DNA of 64,000 bases. Source: Schmidtea polychroa (Eukaryota). The stretch lies in contig CM097885.1 in the NCBI GenBank assembly GCA_044892525.1, positions 37,202,001 to 37,266,000 on the forward strand, in the 5' to 3' direction. The notes beneath the pieces were generated by a model. That model was not told the DNA's origin and did no database searches. It worked only from the letters and a program-made list of their open reading frames with translations. The translations under genes and the position numbers were made by a program. Below, one piece after another: positions 14,810 to 33,258 of this stretch (position 1 is the stretch's first letter; each line of letters starts with the position of its first letter).

Positions 14810-15329
14810 TAATTAAATTTGCGCACCTTCCGAGTAAGAAATGATTTGGTAGTGCTGACTTTATAAAAATGAAAATTACTTACAAAAAACATTTTTCTTT
14901 TTCTAAAAAACCGCTAATAAAACCCATAAATTTCTGTTTTAATTTATCTGATTATAAAAATAATTTAATCTTTAATCATATCTAGAAAAACCAATCTGAA
15001 ATATAAAATTTTAATTGCATACATTGAATAAATTACAATAATAATCAACCATGAATTTGTTAGAATTTTCTTTCAATTTCAACACCAAACAACTGAACAA
15101 GGAGAAATTATTTTCTACAAAATTTTACATTTTGTGATTGCCGTAAAATTTTATTACAAAGTTCCTCTTGCACGGGAGCTTTTAGTGTATTTTCTTTAAT
15201 TTGATTAATGAAAGTTACGCAGACAAAGTTTGAGTATGAAAGTATGAAATTTGATTTTTTGCAAAATTTGTTTGTTTAAATTATAAATAGATAGATTTTT
15301 TCTAACAAATATTTTTGATGATCATAATT

Positions 15330-15452
<123 letters not shown>

Positions 15453-16127
15453 GTTGTTATTATTATTATTTTTCTTGGTAAAACATATTCTAAACGATAT
15501 TTAATAAATGAGTAATACATTGAAAGTTTATGATGTCCATTATATTCAAAGAGAATTTTAGATTATAAAATAATGATTTTCAATTTAATCGCAATAATAA
15601 TTTATTTTATAATTTTCCAACTGAATATTTTACTCGTTTTGCTTTTGTTGATGACTTTTATTTGAAAGTAAAAATAATTGAATGAATTCAAACAAAATGA
15701 AAATATTCAGACAATTTAAATTTTTTTTTCTTTTTGCGAATAAAAGTCTCAGCTTATATAAGAAAACAAGTTGAATTTTTGAAAAACTAAGGGCCCCGGC
15801 TTATATGAGACATTTGTCTAAGTTGAAATGATTTAAAATAATTCAAAATTAAATTCAAACTTTTATTTCTCTAAATAAAATAAAAAGCAGTTGTTATGAA
15901 TACCTAATTATAGACAATCACATGAAACTATCAAATTCTTCATGAGATTCATAATTAAAGGCTTTCAGAATATCTTTGTGCTCTAATAATTCAGAATCCA
16001 CATCACTTATATTAGAATTATGACTATCCTAAAGTGTGGAGTTTAACTTTCTTAAAGCCACTGAACACATTCAGGTGTGACCTGATTACATGCACCAAAA
16101 ATCCTGCTGTCATTTCACTGATTAAAC

Positions 16128-16388
16128 CAACCATACTCAACCTGCGGCCCGCCAAGGTTTTGTGTACCGTCCTAAACACATTTATTATCAAAGAACTTGA
16201 TATAAAATAAAGAATTCTGGAATTCTATATTTCGTCTATCTTGAGATTGGTTTCCACTTTAGCGTACAGCTTTAACGTACATTGGAGAGGATTGTCATTT
16301 CTTTCGTCATACCACTATAGTGTTGCAGCCCGTGTAACTTTACAAATATATGTATGTAAACCGAAGAATAAAGGGTTGAGAATGATTG
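16128..16388. mobile_element. Old hAT MITE
   Basis: Imperfect TIRs caaccatactcaacc / gggttgagaatgattg and a gcggcccgc subterminal motif. TSD is degenerate. Confidence 0.55.
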
Positions 16389-16769
16389 GTCTAAAGTGAC
16401 CAGGAAAATTTATAAAATTGGTTAGAAAACCTTTTTCGTCAGTTTTACCATCATAAAATAAAGCTACAGACTAAACAACATTGACGGCTGCTAAATTATC
16501 TTCACTCATTCCCTTATACATGGAAATAACTGTAGATTTAATGGTTATACACCATTCTTTGTCAGATTTTCTTGACCCTTTCTTTGGCATTGTAAAAAGT
16601 CAATTCTTGCTCAATTCTTTCTCAAAATTCCATTGAGCTCAAATAATTTTGTTTTTTATAGATGGATTTTATACAAGTGGAACAATACCTGCAATTCCAA
16701 TGTTTTTGACTTTTGAATCATTTTAATTCATAATTTTGTTATTCAAGAGCCAAAATAACTTATATTTTG

Positions 16770-16908
16770 TAAAATAATTTTAAAACAAAATAATAACAAA
16801 CTAATAAATTATTTTAAAACAAAATAATAAATCATTTTAAAACAAAATAATAAATAATAACAAAATAATAACAAACTAATAAATCATTTTAAAACAAAAT
16901 AATAAAAC
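16770..16908. repeat. AT-rich minisatellite (ttttaaaacaaaataataa-based units)
   Basis: At least four visible copies of ttttaaaacaaaa(a)taataa, with caaactaataaat spacers. Confidence 0.75.
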
Positions 16909-17459
16909 AATGCACTTCTAAAAACATGTTTTTAAAAACTGAAATTTTCAAAACAATTCAGATTTAAAACAAAAACATAAAAATTGCAATTCCAAAAACT
17001 CCCAAAAATGATTACAAAAATGTAATTGAAATAATTAGGAAGCTACTAATAAAAAAGTATTTTCTTTTCTTTTCAGTCTGGATTGGACATATGAATAAAT
17101 TTTATAAAACTCTCCTGAATTTATTTTAAGCACTTAAGCCCGCTTGACGTTCCGGTTCATACATAATATGAAATTCAACATTAATCCGTTTTCACATTAT
17201 AAGCCGCTAGTTTAGAAGAGTTGTAAAATATTCATTTATCTGTAAAGACTCTCAAGATACTCAAATCTCTACTAAAGAGTGATGAATAAATTTCATTCGA
17301 GAATTTACAAAGCCTTAACTTTACTACGCGCTTCACTACGTCTTTTATCAGTTAAAAAAAATATTTTGAAAATTTTCCAAGCAAGTGGCTTATAACGCAA
17401 AAACTGGGTGCTTATAAATTATCATTTCAATTTTAAATTTAATTAATTAATTTTTTCAG

Positions 17460-17615
17460 AATGCAAGTGTCATGCAGTTGGATCGACAAATGTAAATTCG
17501 TGTGATAAAAAATTAGGTCAATGTTTTTGTAAGGAGGGAGTGATTGGAAAGAAGTGTGACAAGTGCAAAATTGGATATATGCAAACAAGATCAATTCTGA
17601 GACCATGTGTGAAGA
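17460..17615 (+). CDS. netrin: Netrin exon 3: laminin EGF V-3 (absent from the ORF track)
   Basis: Acceptor ttttcag and donor a|gtgag; 156 bp. Encodes KCKCHAVGSTNVNSCDKKLGQCFCKEGVIGKKCDKCKIGYMQTRSILRPCVK. Confidence 0.95.
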
Positions 17616-18232
17616 GTGAGTTTTCTTATATTATTATTTCAATAATATAATATTCTAAGAACTTCTTTCAATTTTCACCACTGATTTATTTTCAATTGAC
17701 ATAATATTTATTAAAAAATTGACTACGAATCAGTAAATATATCGATGTTTTTGATATATTCTCGAATTTTCGGCACAGCCTTTTTCAAGTGATTTTGATC
17801 AAAATATTTTTAATAAATACAGTGTCAATAATATACTATGTTATATTGACAAATTTTCACTTTCGAATTGGAATTAGTGTAATATTTCTAAAATACTTAT
17901 GAACATTTATTTTTGGTTCATCTGATGCACAAGACGAGAAACACAAATATTGTAGTTGTTTAATTTCTCTTACAAAAATTGAAGGAAACAGATCAGTTAT
18001 GAAAAACATTGTTATTAATAAATATATTATAATACAATAAGCATTGGGAACAATATTAAAATGACTTTAGGGATCATCTCTGATTTGGAAATTGACGTTT
18101 CACTAATTATTCGCTTATTGACACATCTGCACATACAATATTTAGGACAAAATAGTACATAGAGTAAATAATGCTCGCTAAATAAATTATTTGATTTTAA
18201 CAAAATATTGCACATTAAAATATTAATATTAA

Positions 18233-18336
<104 letters not shown>

Positions 18337-19335
18337 GTAAAACAAGTAAATGACAAAATAATTGTATGCATTTTAGTAAGAGTTGTGTTTGTGTGCAGTA
18401 TTTAATTTTTCTATCACTTTTTCAGTTTATATAGTGTAAACCAGCATGTCTCAATCTCCTGTCTGCGTAAACTTTAAAAATCTAAGTCGGGAGAAAGGGA
18501 AACTGCACATGTGTAATTGTTAGAGAATTTCGCGTCTGCATTGCATAGAAATAATAAATTCCCATACCACGTATTGATTATTTACCAATCAGTGTTTGAT
18601 TTTCCGTGCTGTGAACATTTGATTGCGTTTCAGTGAATTTTTTGGTAGCCAAAAGAAAGAGCGGCGATCACATTAATTTGTATATCAATGTATTGACAAA
18701 TAAATTATAAATATTTATTGCTCAAAGTAGTTTGCAGTTTTTCTTTACAGGAAACAATTTTTAAAACAATATAAAAAATGTAGTGATAATTTAATATGAG
18801 CGAATTAAGCAAGGGCCATCAAAATATATCAGAAATATCCTGAAATTTATAAGGTACTGTGCTGTATTTCATTGCTAAACGGAGAGACATTCCTGATCGG
18901 TTGTGTACTGATATTTTACAAAACACGGAGACCTCCTCAATCGGTCGACAATATGTTAAGTGTTTATTTTCGAAGTAACCCCTTTCAAATTTTACTTAAT
19001 ACATATTTTGACGCTAAGACTTATCTTGTCATTTACTAAAATAACATCTATGTTGCAACCATTATTATCTTATTTATCATTATTATTATTATAAACTGTT
19101 TATATATTATTAAAAATGACTATTAATGTTGACATTAAGATTGATAAGGAATAAAGATTTTATATCTGATTTCAAATGAAATTTAAACTTTTCAAAAGAT
19201 ACATAAATGTGAAAATAAATTATTAGTCATCTTAATGTATGTTTACATTTTAAATAGATACACCTAAATTTGTCTATTCATTTGATGAAGCTTGTAAACA
19301 ATATTTATTTATTTACATGGCTAATTACTTATTTA

Positions 19336-19425
<90 letters not shown>

Positions 19426-19490
19426 TTTTAATTATTATTATTATGTTTTTTATTATTACTATTATTATTATTACAATATTTTCGATTTAG

Positions 19491-19535
19491 CGTATGATAT
19501 CATAGAATCAAGTCAAACAAAAAAGTCAGATCTCA
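19491..19535 (+). CDS. netrin: Netrin micro-exon 4 (45 bp, linker TYDIIESSQTKKSDL)
   Basis: Acceptor tttag, donor a|gtaag, phase 1/1, open frame, followed by a 55-bp intron. Confidence 0.7.
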
Positions 19536-19590
19536 GTAAGAATATTAAGAATATATTTTAAAAATAATAATTAATGATATAAACGTTCAG

Positions 19591-19620
19591 ATTCCAAATA
19601 TATGGACATGCCCAATACCG
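19591..19620 (+). CDS. netrin: Netrin micro-exon 5 (30 bp, linker NSKYMDMPNT)
   Basis: Acceptor ttcag, donor g|gtaaa, phase 1/1, followed by a 50-bp intron. Confidence 0.65.
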
Positions 19621-19670
19621 GTAAAATAATTTTTATATATATATATTACAATGATATATTATAATTTTAG

Positions 19671-19742
19671 AAAGCGAATGTAAGCCATGCGATGAAAAAA
19701 GAAAAAGAATTCGATTTAAGAAGTTTTGCCGTAGAGACACAG
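19671..19742 (+). CDS. netrin: Netrin exon 6 (72 bp): start of the NTR/C345C domain
   Basis: Acceptor ttttag, donor g|gtaaa. ESECKPCDEKRKRIRFKKFCRRDT matches the netrin C-domain start pattern (C..C...+KKYC++D). Confidence 0.88.
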
Positions 19743-20204
19743 GTAAAATGCAATTCAGCTGTTTAAATTTTGTTTTAATCTCAATCGATAAATACAAATT
19801 ATTAATTTGGAATGATATTGTAAGGAGTTCTAAAATTCCTATTTAAAAATAATTTAGTACTAATGTTATAAATGTGATCAGTTAGCTGAAATAGCTATTG
19901 CTATTAAATGTTTTATATATTAAAATTTATATTAAATTATATTAAGTATTTTAAATTAAAGTAAATTATATTTATGACAAATAGTTGCATCCAATGGTGT
20001 AACTAGATTTTAGGCCCATAAGTAAATTCTAACCATGGTGTCCCTAGTTACTTTTTTTATTTCAATTGTTTATACAAAGGAAATTTATTTTTTAACTTAA
20101 GAGCAGAGAATGAAATAGATATATTAAATGAAGCATATATATAGAGTTGAATCAGAAATATTGTATACTTACCTAGCGTTAAGAGAAATCTTCGCGTCTC
20201 CTGC

Positions 20205-20246
20205 ATAGTACTGATGAGAGTCAAAAGCTCGAAACTAGTCCACTAT
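20205..20246 (+). ncRNA. Minimal type I hammerhead ribozyme motif (Penelope/retrozyme type)
   Basis: atagta-CTGATGA-gag(tcaaaag)ctc-GAAA-ctaGTC-cactat: full core, 3-bp stem II, short palindromic stem III, and stem I pairing 5/6. Confidence 0.7.
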
Positions 20247-20281
20247 TGGGATTTGCACTGGGTATCACAAAGCCTGTAATG

Positions 20282-20363
<82 letters not shown>

Positions 20364-21499
20364 ATTTTAAAATATATTTAAATACGAGTATTAAACGTTT
20401 AAAAGAAAACTGATTATAGATAAAACAACAAAACATTTTAATATAAACAAAAGTATAAAAAAGTTATTTAAATGTTTTTCGTCTAGATTTTGCAGCCGCA
20501 AATTTGTCAATTAGAGTCTTCGTGTTTAATTGACTTGTCTCTTTATTTTCAATAGCAATCAATGCTAAATATTTCAGATGAGATTGTTCAATTGAATTTA
20601 TTTTTAAAATCTTTTATAATTTTTAATTTGCTGAATGTTCTTCCTACTGTAGCAACAGTCACTGAGACAGTAAAAAATATAATTAACATTGTATATACTA
20701 AATAAGCAACTAAATTCTTAAAATATAATATTTTCAAAGTCTCTTTTTGGCATATATTCATTAAAATCGCTTTTCAACAAAGTAGTTATGCTTATAAATT
20801 GTATAGCAAATATATCTGTTAGAAATTTGGGGAAGAAATTTGGTTCTAAAAATCCAAAATAGTTCACAACATTATCCATATTTTCAAACCTTCTTTTTAT
20901 TTTATTTTTGACAATATCAATTACAAAATTATAAATTTGAATTTTTAAAATATCTTTTCTTGTTTCGGATCTATGGTCTGTGGCTAGCTCATCATCATGT
21001 CTTTTGGTTTTTGGTTGTCGTTTTTCCTCATAATGAGGTCTTATTCCCCAGGATTTTTTATTTCATTATAAATAGATCTAATTTTAATTATATTGTTATT
21101 TACACAATTTAAAAAGTTTTGAAACAAAATTTACCTCTGTAGTTATAAAAACTAATTCAAAATTTTCAATTTTACTTTTAATATTTTGAGCATCATTTCT
21201 ATCTTTTTTTGTGTTAATATAATTTGAGCTAAAAACCTCATGGTATCGGTATATTATACTTTGATGGCTACTAATGATAGTAGTCGTCCCGACCATCGGG
21301 TTGGGTTAAGTTTCTTTAAGGTGAATTGTGATTCTCATGAAAATTTGGGAAGTAGGTCCTATGTTTATACGCTATTACCAAAAAATGTATAAATTTGTTG
21401 AATTGTTGTAAAAAGATTTGCGATTTCTTTAGATTCTTCTATCTTTAACGACGAGATTCATATAAATATATTCATTTTGTCAGCCACAATTTAAATCTC

Positions 21500-22137
<638 letters not shown>

Positions 22138-23174
22138 CAATCTATATTATATACCCCTGTAGCTACGCCACTGGGTGCATCAATATAAATAATTAGCCAA
22201 CCTTAGTTGTTTAAATTTTCAGAAAAAACGAGAGAATTCAAAAATGTAAATTATAAATAACTGCCGGAAGAGGCTGATTGCAAGAATTGTTTGAAAATCA
22301 TCACTATTTTCTGCATGATTTTTGGATTTATGCTTTAAACGAAATTATTTTTTAATGTTAATTTAAATATTTACTATGAATATAAAATCAGTTTATCGAA
22401 ATATCAGTTTCAGTAAAACAATAATTGTTTAATTAAAGTCAATCGCTTAGTTAATCAAGGGTTTTCAAGTAACTCGAAAATTCTTATCCCAATGGTAATC
22501 ACTTGATCTTACAACTTCGTTTTATTAGAATAACTGTTGACAACCTCTTCCTAAATCATATAAACTTCGTTCTAAGTCTCAGTTGCAATAAAATTGTAAT
22601 CAGTAAATTCCAAAGTCATAACAATAACATTTTAATAGGATTTATTTCAAATAACCAATTTTTGCCTTCATTCTTTAGAAGTATTAAAACAAATTTTCAA
22701 GGTTTTTAATTTCAATATTATCAAATAGCTGTGATTTACATTTACATTTTCAAAGAAAACTTTACATAAAAATTTTTACTTTGAAATTTAACATTTTTAA
22801 TCTTTAATAAACCTTTCAACCTTTCCCATGACATTTAGAATAGTGCTTTGGACAATCAATTACTTTTTTAATTATTTCTCATATTTCCAATTTTTCCTAT
22901 TTTACATGTTAACATATTTAATTTTTTAGTTTTTCAATATTTAAAAGGTTTTAACTTCGAATTGTTTCCTGAAATAATCAGAAAATCAAGAAATCATATT
23001 TACTTTCCGTGTAATTTTCTTCATAAATCTAATTATTTGTTGAAAAATAATGAAATTTGTAAAGTGGTTTTAAAACACGCAACAAAATCTCAATTATTTA
23101 AACAACTCAAAAATACTTTTCAAATAATTTAACTATTAATTATCAGACCACTTGTGACGATGTTACAAAACTTC

Positions 23175-23310
<136 letters not shown>

Positions 23311-25459
23311 GTATTGTATTTATTATAATTGTATTTATTATAATTTTTAAACAAAAACATTTCACCAAAGCAAATTATTTTATAATTATTATTCTATAAT
23401 AATTTTATAAGCTTAAAGACTATGAATCAGTAAATATATCAAAGACATCGATTATACATTTTCTGGAAAATTAATTTTTCACGCACAAGTTTTGATAATT
23501 TCTTTATTAGAGCATTGTTTTTATGAATGGCAACATGGTTGTACGTAGATCCTTCATGATCGTTATGATATCACAACCCTCCTAGAAACTTTCATAATGA
23601 TTCCCCTTAACTAGGTATTTTGAAGTACTGGTGATACAAGTTCAAAAGTGAGTATCAAGATTTCAATTTTAGATAAATTTTTAATTTAATTTTGAAGTTT
23701 TCCTGGAATGTTTTTATGTAATTTTTAATAACCCCTAGTTTTTCCATTTTTATTCTTTGGACTATTTTGAAATTTACAATCTTCTACCTTCAATTGATTT
23801 TACATTAGCTAACCTCTAACATTTTACCTTTTTACACGTACAATGTCATGAGGATCATTCATGATAGCAGTTAGCACTGTACTGCACTGTAAAATTTAGT
23901 ATGTAAGCACTGAATGAAAAACTTAAATTTATTTTGCAAGTAGTGAATTCTAGCACATACACACGAAATAGCATAAAACCTTTCCTTATTATGGTGGCAC
24001 TAAATGTGTTTAAAATATAGATTTTATTCAATAACTTTAATTCATTAAAACAAATTCCAAAAAGAAATTATTGATTAGTTGATGAGAAAAGAAACAAACA
24101 AAATATTCGATAATAAACCAATCAAAATTGAAAGTAGGCAATTAAAAACCTTTGAAAGCAACATGAAAGGGATGAGTTGATAATTTTCAATACGGGAATC
24201 CAGTGTTTTTCTTTGAATATTTGTTTTTAAAATAGTTTATATTTAAAATAAAAGATTAAAAGAAATTGAAAAATAGCTAAATCAATTATACTTTTGTTTT
24301 ATTTTTTATATACTTTCTCAGTCATTTTAAATTTATATATTTATTAAATTCAATTAAAAAAGAGATTATTTGTAATTTATTGTTTGTCTGAATCACTAAA
24401 AAGTATCTGAATCACACTAAAGAGGTTTTAGTTTATCTATTTAAAATTTTGATTTTAACTTCCTTCTAATTACTTTCTATGATCGTCAAAATATTATCAT
24501 ATTATTTGCAAAAAAAGTAAAAAATTTGCTATGTAATTTTAACTACACTGATTCTTTGATAAAAAATATAGAATTACCAAATAAAAGGATTTATTGTTTT
24601 TATAATTATCGATACGATGATATTCCTCTGATGATACTATGTCCTTTTGCCTGATGGGTTTCATTATTTTTACACTATTATTGACATAGTTATCATACTT
24701 TCAAAGTCCGTCTTTTTACAGTTATTAGGGTTCATGGTTTTTACGCCAACTACATTCCGTATAATTCAAATTGGAAGAGTTTTCTCAATCTCTTTGAAAA
24801 TTTATCATCGTTTTGTAAAAATATTTTTCACCAAACACAAATTTTTTGGTACAGTTTATTCATACTTATTCATATGTACCCCACATATCAGTAGTCACGC
24901 ATCATTCATCATACATCAAGGTCATAGTAACTTGGTTAGATAATTGATTTGTTATTGAATATATTATGTCTTCTTACATTGAAAATAAATTATGAAAAAA
25001 TATTTAAAAATAATTTTAATAATAAACTTATTCTTTTCCTCGATGAATAAAATAGAAACAAATAAGGAAATATTATAATGAAATCAATTTAAATATAAGA
25101 AATCTGTTCGAGCACCGTATTAATTAAATTAATTTAAGAATTATTATTGAAAGGACCTCATGATCTTAATTTCCAAACGTTGGATGTTAAATCACATTTT
25201 GAAAATATTTGGAAATTTTACTAAAAATTCATATCAATGCTGATCAATTTAAACAATCCTAAAATAAGATTTTGAAAGCACTTTAATTTTTTTTTGTTAA
25301 GTTGAATTTGGAAAATAATTTGCTTTGGTGAAATGTTTTTGTTTAAAAATTATATTTGGAATTTTCTATGTTTTTGATTTAATTTAAATAAATCCGTATT
25401 GGCAGTGTTTTAATATTCTGGTTTTTGTGTGAATCTTGTAAAAATTTAAAGAATTCCAA

Positions 25460-26682
25460 ATGGTTATTAACTATTATTTGTGTACTACCTATTCATGCGT
25501 TATCACCTTTCAACATGGAAAAGTTTATTGCAAATGATTCAGGAAACTACACAACACCTAATTATGACGTATCGTCAGTTCAAAGGGAAATGAAACATTG
25601 GTCGGTCGATGTAACAAATGAAACTTATAGACTGAAAATTCGAGTAAAATTCAAAAATGAAAATAAAACATTTTCTTTTGAAATTTCATCAATGATTTTA
25701 ATAAAAATGAAAGAAGTTGCATAAGCATTCTTGGGTAAGATAATAAAAGATGCTGTTGTAACTGCTCGAGCTTATTTCAATAAAAGTCAAAGTCAACCAA
25801 TCAAAAATGATGGTGCAATTAGTGGATTGGATGAAGCGTTTCCAGAATAATTAATAAACCAACAGCTACTGTATAGCTTATGGATCGGACAAAAAGGTCG
25901 GTGTTGAACTCAATTTATTAAAATTTGATTTAGAAATTTTTGATTTATTTTTGAAGTTATATCTACTTCTGGTGATACTTATTTGGGTGGTGAAGATTTT
26001 GATAACCGCATGGTGAATCATTTCATTCAAGAATTCAAGAGGCAGCAAAAAAGATATTAGTGATAACCAGCAAGCAAATTTGGAAATTAATTTATTGTAT
26101 GAAGGACTTTTACACTTTAATTACGAGAGAAAAGTTTGAGGAATTAAATGCCGATTTCTTCCGTTCGACTTTAGAGCCAGTAGAGAAAGCATTGAGAGAT
26201 GATAAGTTGGACAAAAATTCATGATGTTGTATTAGTTGACGGATCAACAATAGTTTCCAAAATTCACCAGCTTTTAAAAGATTTATTCAATGGAAAAGAA
26301 TTGGATAAAAATATTAACCCTCGTGAGACAATTCCGTACGGAGCAGCAGTACAAGCAGCAATTTTGTTATGAGATAACATTTCGAATTTTAAACAACTTA
26401 ACAGATTTATCACTTATTAAATCAATTTTGCAAAAGGGTGACATTTTTAAAAATAAACCGATTGCAACTCATTGCTTTCGAACCTGTACAAAATATATTG
26501 TTATTAAACCTGGCATCATTGAGCTTGAGCATAGAAACTGCAGTGGAGTCATAACGGCTTTCATGAAAAGAAATATAACTATCCCAACAAAACAAACGCA
26601 AATATTTACTAAAAATTCTGATAACCAGACGGGAGTTTTAATTGAACTTTATGAAGGAGAACGAGAAATGTCAAACTACTGA
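25460..26682 (+). pseudogene. hsp70: Cytosolic Hsp70/Hsc70 pseudogene with frameshifts, stops, internal deletions and a 3' truncation
   Basis: [116 protein letters not shown]. Confidence 0.95.
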
Positions 26683-26910
26683 AACAAAATCATTCAACTC
26701 AACAAAGCGTTTTCTATCAAATATTTAACTAATTTTAATTTGTTCATTTGATATTTAAATTTCATTTTTATGGTCTTTTTTTATAAAAGTTAAAATGAAT
26801 TTTCTTCTATGATAATCTTGAATTTTTTTATTGTATTAAATTAACTTTCTGTCGCAATATTTCTTTTTTAGATAAATTTTAGGCATCACACTCTTATTAT
26901 TACAAATATT

Positions 26911-27030
<120 letters not shown>

Positions 27031-27785
27031 GTAATAATAATATAATAATAATAATAATAATAATACCAATAATAAAAATAACTGAGAAAAGAATAAAGCT
27101 CTTATATCAATGAGGCATAAAGGAATACGTTTACCTTTTATTTTCCAAAATTTAATTTTAATCTTCACTCTAAAATAATTTAAAAAAGGTAACGAAAAAT
27201 CTAAATGAAAGATCCCTGATAAATAATTATAATGATATCTCCATATTAATTTCATGGTAAACAGACTGAAAGATCATACAATACATTTTCAACAATTCAA
27301 CCTAGCTAATTACGGTTTCTCGAATTCCGCATTGAATTTCATACGTAAATTTTATTTTTCAAGGTAAAATGTGAAACATTTTTTTCCCTTGTTTTAATTT
27401 TCTAATTTGAATTTTGTTTTTTTGTTTACTCTAAGCGTAGATGATGCTTTGAATGATGAGATGAATGTTTAATTGAATTGTCAGTTCAGTGGAGGTAGAG
27501 ATTGGTAAAGGCAAATTTATCAGAAAGCTGATCAGCTTCTCGTCAAACGATATTAGAATAGAATTACTAGTAAATGATTTATTAATACTTGATTTTATAA
27601 ATTATTTCACTCTCGCTGATTTGTCATCTGATCTCGTCAATATGTGGTATTGTAAGCAGAGATGACGTAGCTTCAGATTTTATTGTATAAATTATAAATT
27701 TTTACAATTAGGAAGTTTCTATTATTATTTTATTTTAATGTTTCTGTAAATAATCACTAAAATTTAAAGTAGAAATTTAAAAATT

Positions 27786-27847
<62 letters not shown>

Positions 27848-28740
27848 CTTTAGAGTTCATAATCCATATTTTTCGTGAAGTCATTATCCTGGGATAATAT
27901 TTTGTCTTAGATTATGAAGGATCCTCTCTTTTGTAAGTCAGAATACTTTCTCAATTTAATCACATTTTTTCTATGAAGACCATGATTAGATAAGGATAAG
28001 GATAAATTGAAGTCATTATGTTACTAGGTAAATCATTTGAAGAGTGAAAATTTAAAATTTTTAAAATATTTGAAATTATGCATTCTTCGAAAATGGGTTG
28101 ATAAAGAAAATTGGAATTTAGTTAACCATAATACATAGAAAATTAAATATAAAGGAATTGGAAAACGAATGGGAAAATAATTACCAATAACAATAGATTA
28201 AACTGGATAGATTAAACTTATACTTTATTTATGATAATTAATTTTATTCATCCTGTTTATAAGTATATATTTAAAAATTAATTAAATAAATTATTTTAAA
28301 ATAGTATTTTCAAATTAACATGTTAATAAATTTAAAATAATGAATATAGTATGTTGATGTGAATGAAATGTATGAAGAATGAAATCTGTCCTTCGGAAAA
28401 TATCAATATTTGATATTGAAAAAACTCCTCAAGTATATAATGTGTGTGTTTTAATAACATTTAAAAACAGTGTTTTATTTGAAATACATTTTTTTAAGAT
28501 TATTAATATTATTAATACAAAATTCACAGTAGTTAATACCGTTATTACAAATTAATTTTAATATTTGACTGTACAATATTTTTAACCTCTTGTTTGTCAT
28601 CAACGATTATGAACAATGCCGCAGGATATTTTGGCCTTGACATTCTCACATATAGCTGTCAATGCGAGGAGCACTCGTCTGTCAAATTTAAGTCCGTGAC
28701 TTTGAGCGAAAATAAAAGTTTAAAATAAAATTGAAAATAA

Positions 28741-31812
<3,072 letters not shown>

Positions 31813-31895
31813 GTTTGGGATCATTTAATTTTTTAACATTTAATTAATGTTGCAACCAATAAATCATCACTTTATACTTATTATTATTATTATTG

Positions 31896-32026
<131 letters not shown>

Positions 32027-32374
32027 CTATCAAAAAATGTGATGCATTTAGATAAATGTGTATTCATATCATGGATGAGTTGATAACAAATTATTCTTCT
32101 GAATGACTAATTAGTAGCTTTTGCCATATATTTTCTGTTGAAGGAAAATAACATTCAAAATTCTAAAAATTTCTAATCCTCTAGGATTATTGTGAAAACA
32201 CATTAACAAATGAAATATCGATATAATTATTTTAAAATTCTTGTTTTTATGAATTTAAAATTAGAAATTTTTTGTAATTTCTCTTTATAATGTAATGTAA
32301 TGTCTTTGTTTCCTTTTCATTAAATCAAATTTTACTTTTCAGCCTGAAGCTTGAAATAACTTTTAAGCAATATT

Positions 32375-32491
<117 letters not shown>

Positions 32492-33084
32492 GAATAAATA
32501 GTTAAACATATATATGGCAACGATTTAATTATAAAAATGGGCCACTCAGACATTTGTTTATAATAACTATAAGAATTATAGATTATATAAAAATTATAGA
32601 AGTTATATTTGTTTTTTTATTATTATTGTTGTTACTATTATTATAAAATTTTTATTAATTTTTCAATATCGAAATTATTTATAAAAATATAATTCAGATC
32701 AATATACATCGATAATAAATATAATTTTATAATTAAGTAAAAATATTAACAATTTTAAGAAATTGTAATTTAATAGTTAAATGGAAAATAATCAAACTTT
32801 GATCATTAAAATTTTTTGTAAATTTAATTATTACAATTTTATTTTGAAATTCTGTAGTTTTCTCAGAATGAAATCTGATAATATGAATTCTCAATAAATT
32901 TGGAAAATTTTCAGTTTTTCTTTGGAAAAGAAAACAATGTGACTAGGATTTATCTGAATAGTTATCATGGGAAAATAAATCATAAATATCTTTTCAAAGT
33001 AAATAAATAATAATTTCTTCAATTTAATTTTATAAGTCTTTATAACTATTAGTCCTATCTAATAATAAATGTAATGAAATATAT

Positions 33085-33258
<174 letters not shown>

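Noticed and set aside
24620..24770. Possible doubled DM-domain remnant on the minus strand (CSWRKNHE..., CKNNETHQAKGH)
   Set aside because: It needs several stops and frameshifts and lacks the downstream cysteines; too weak without an HMM hit.
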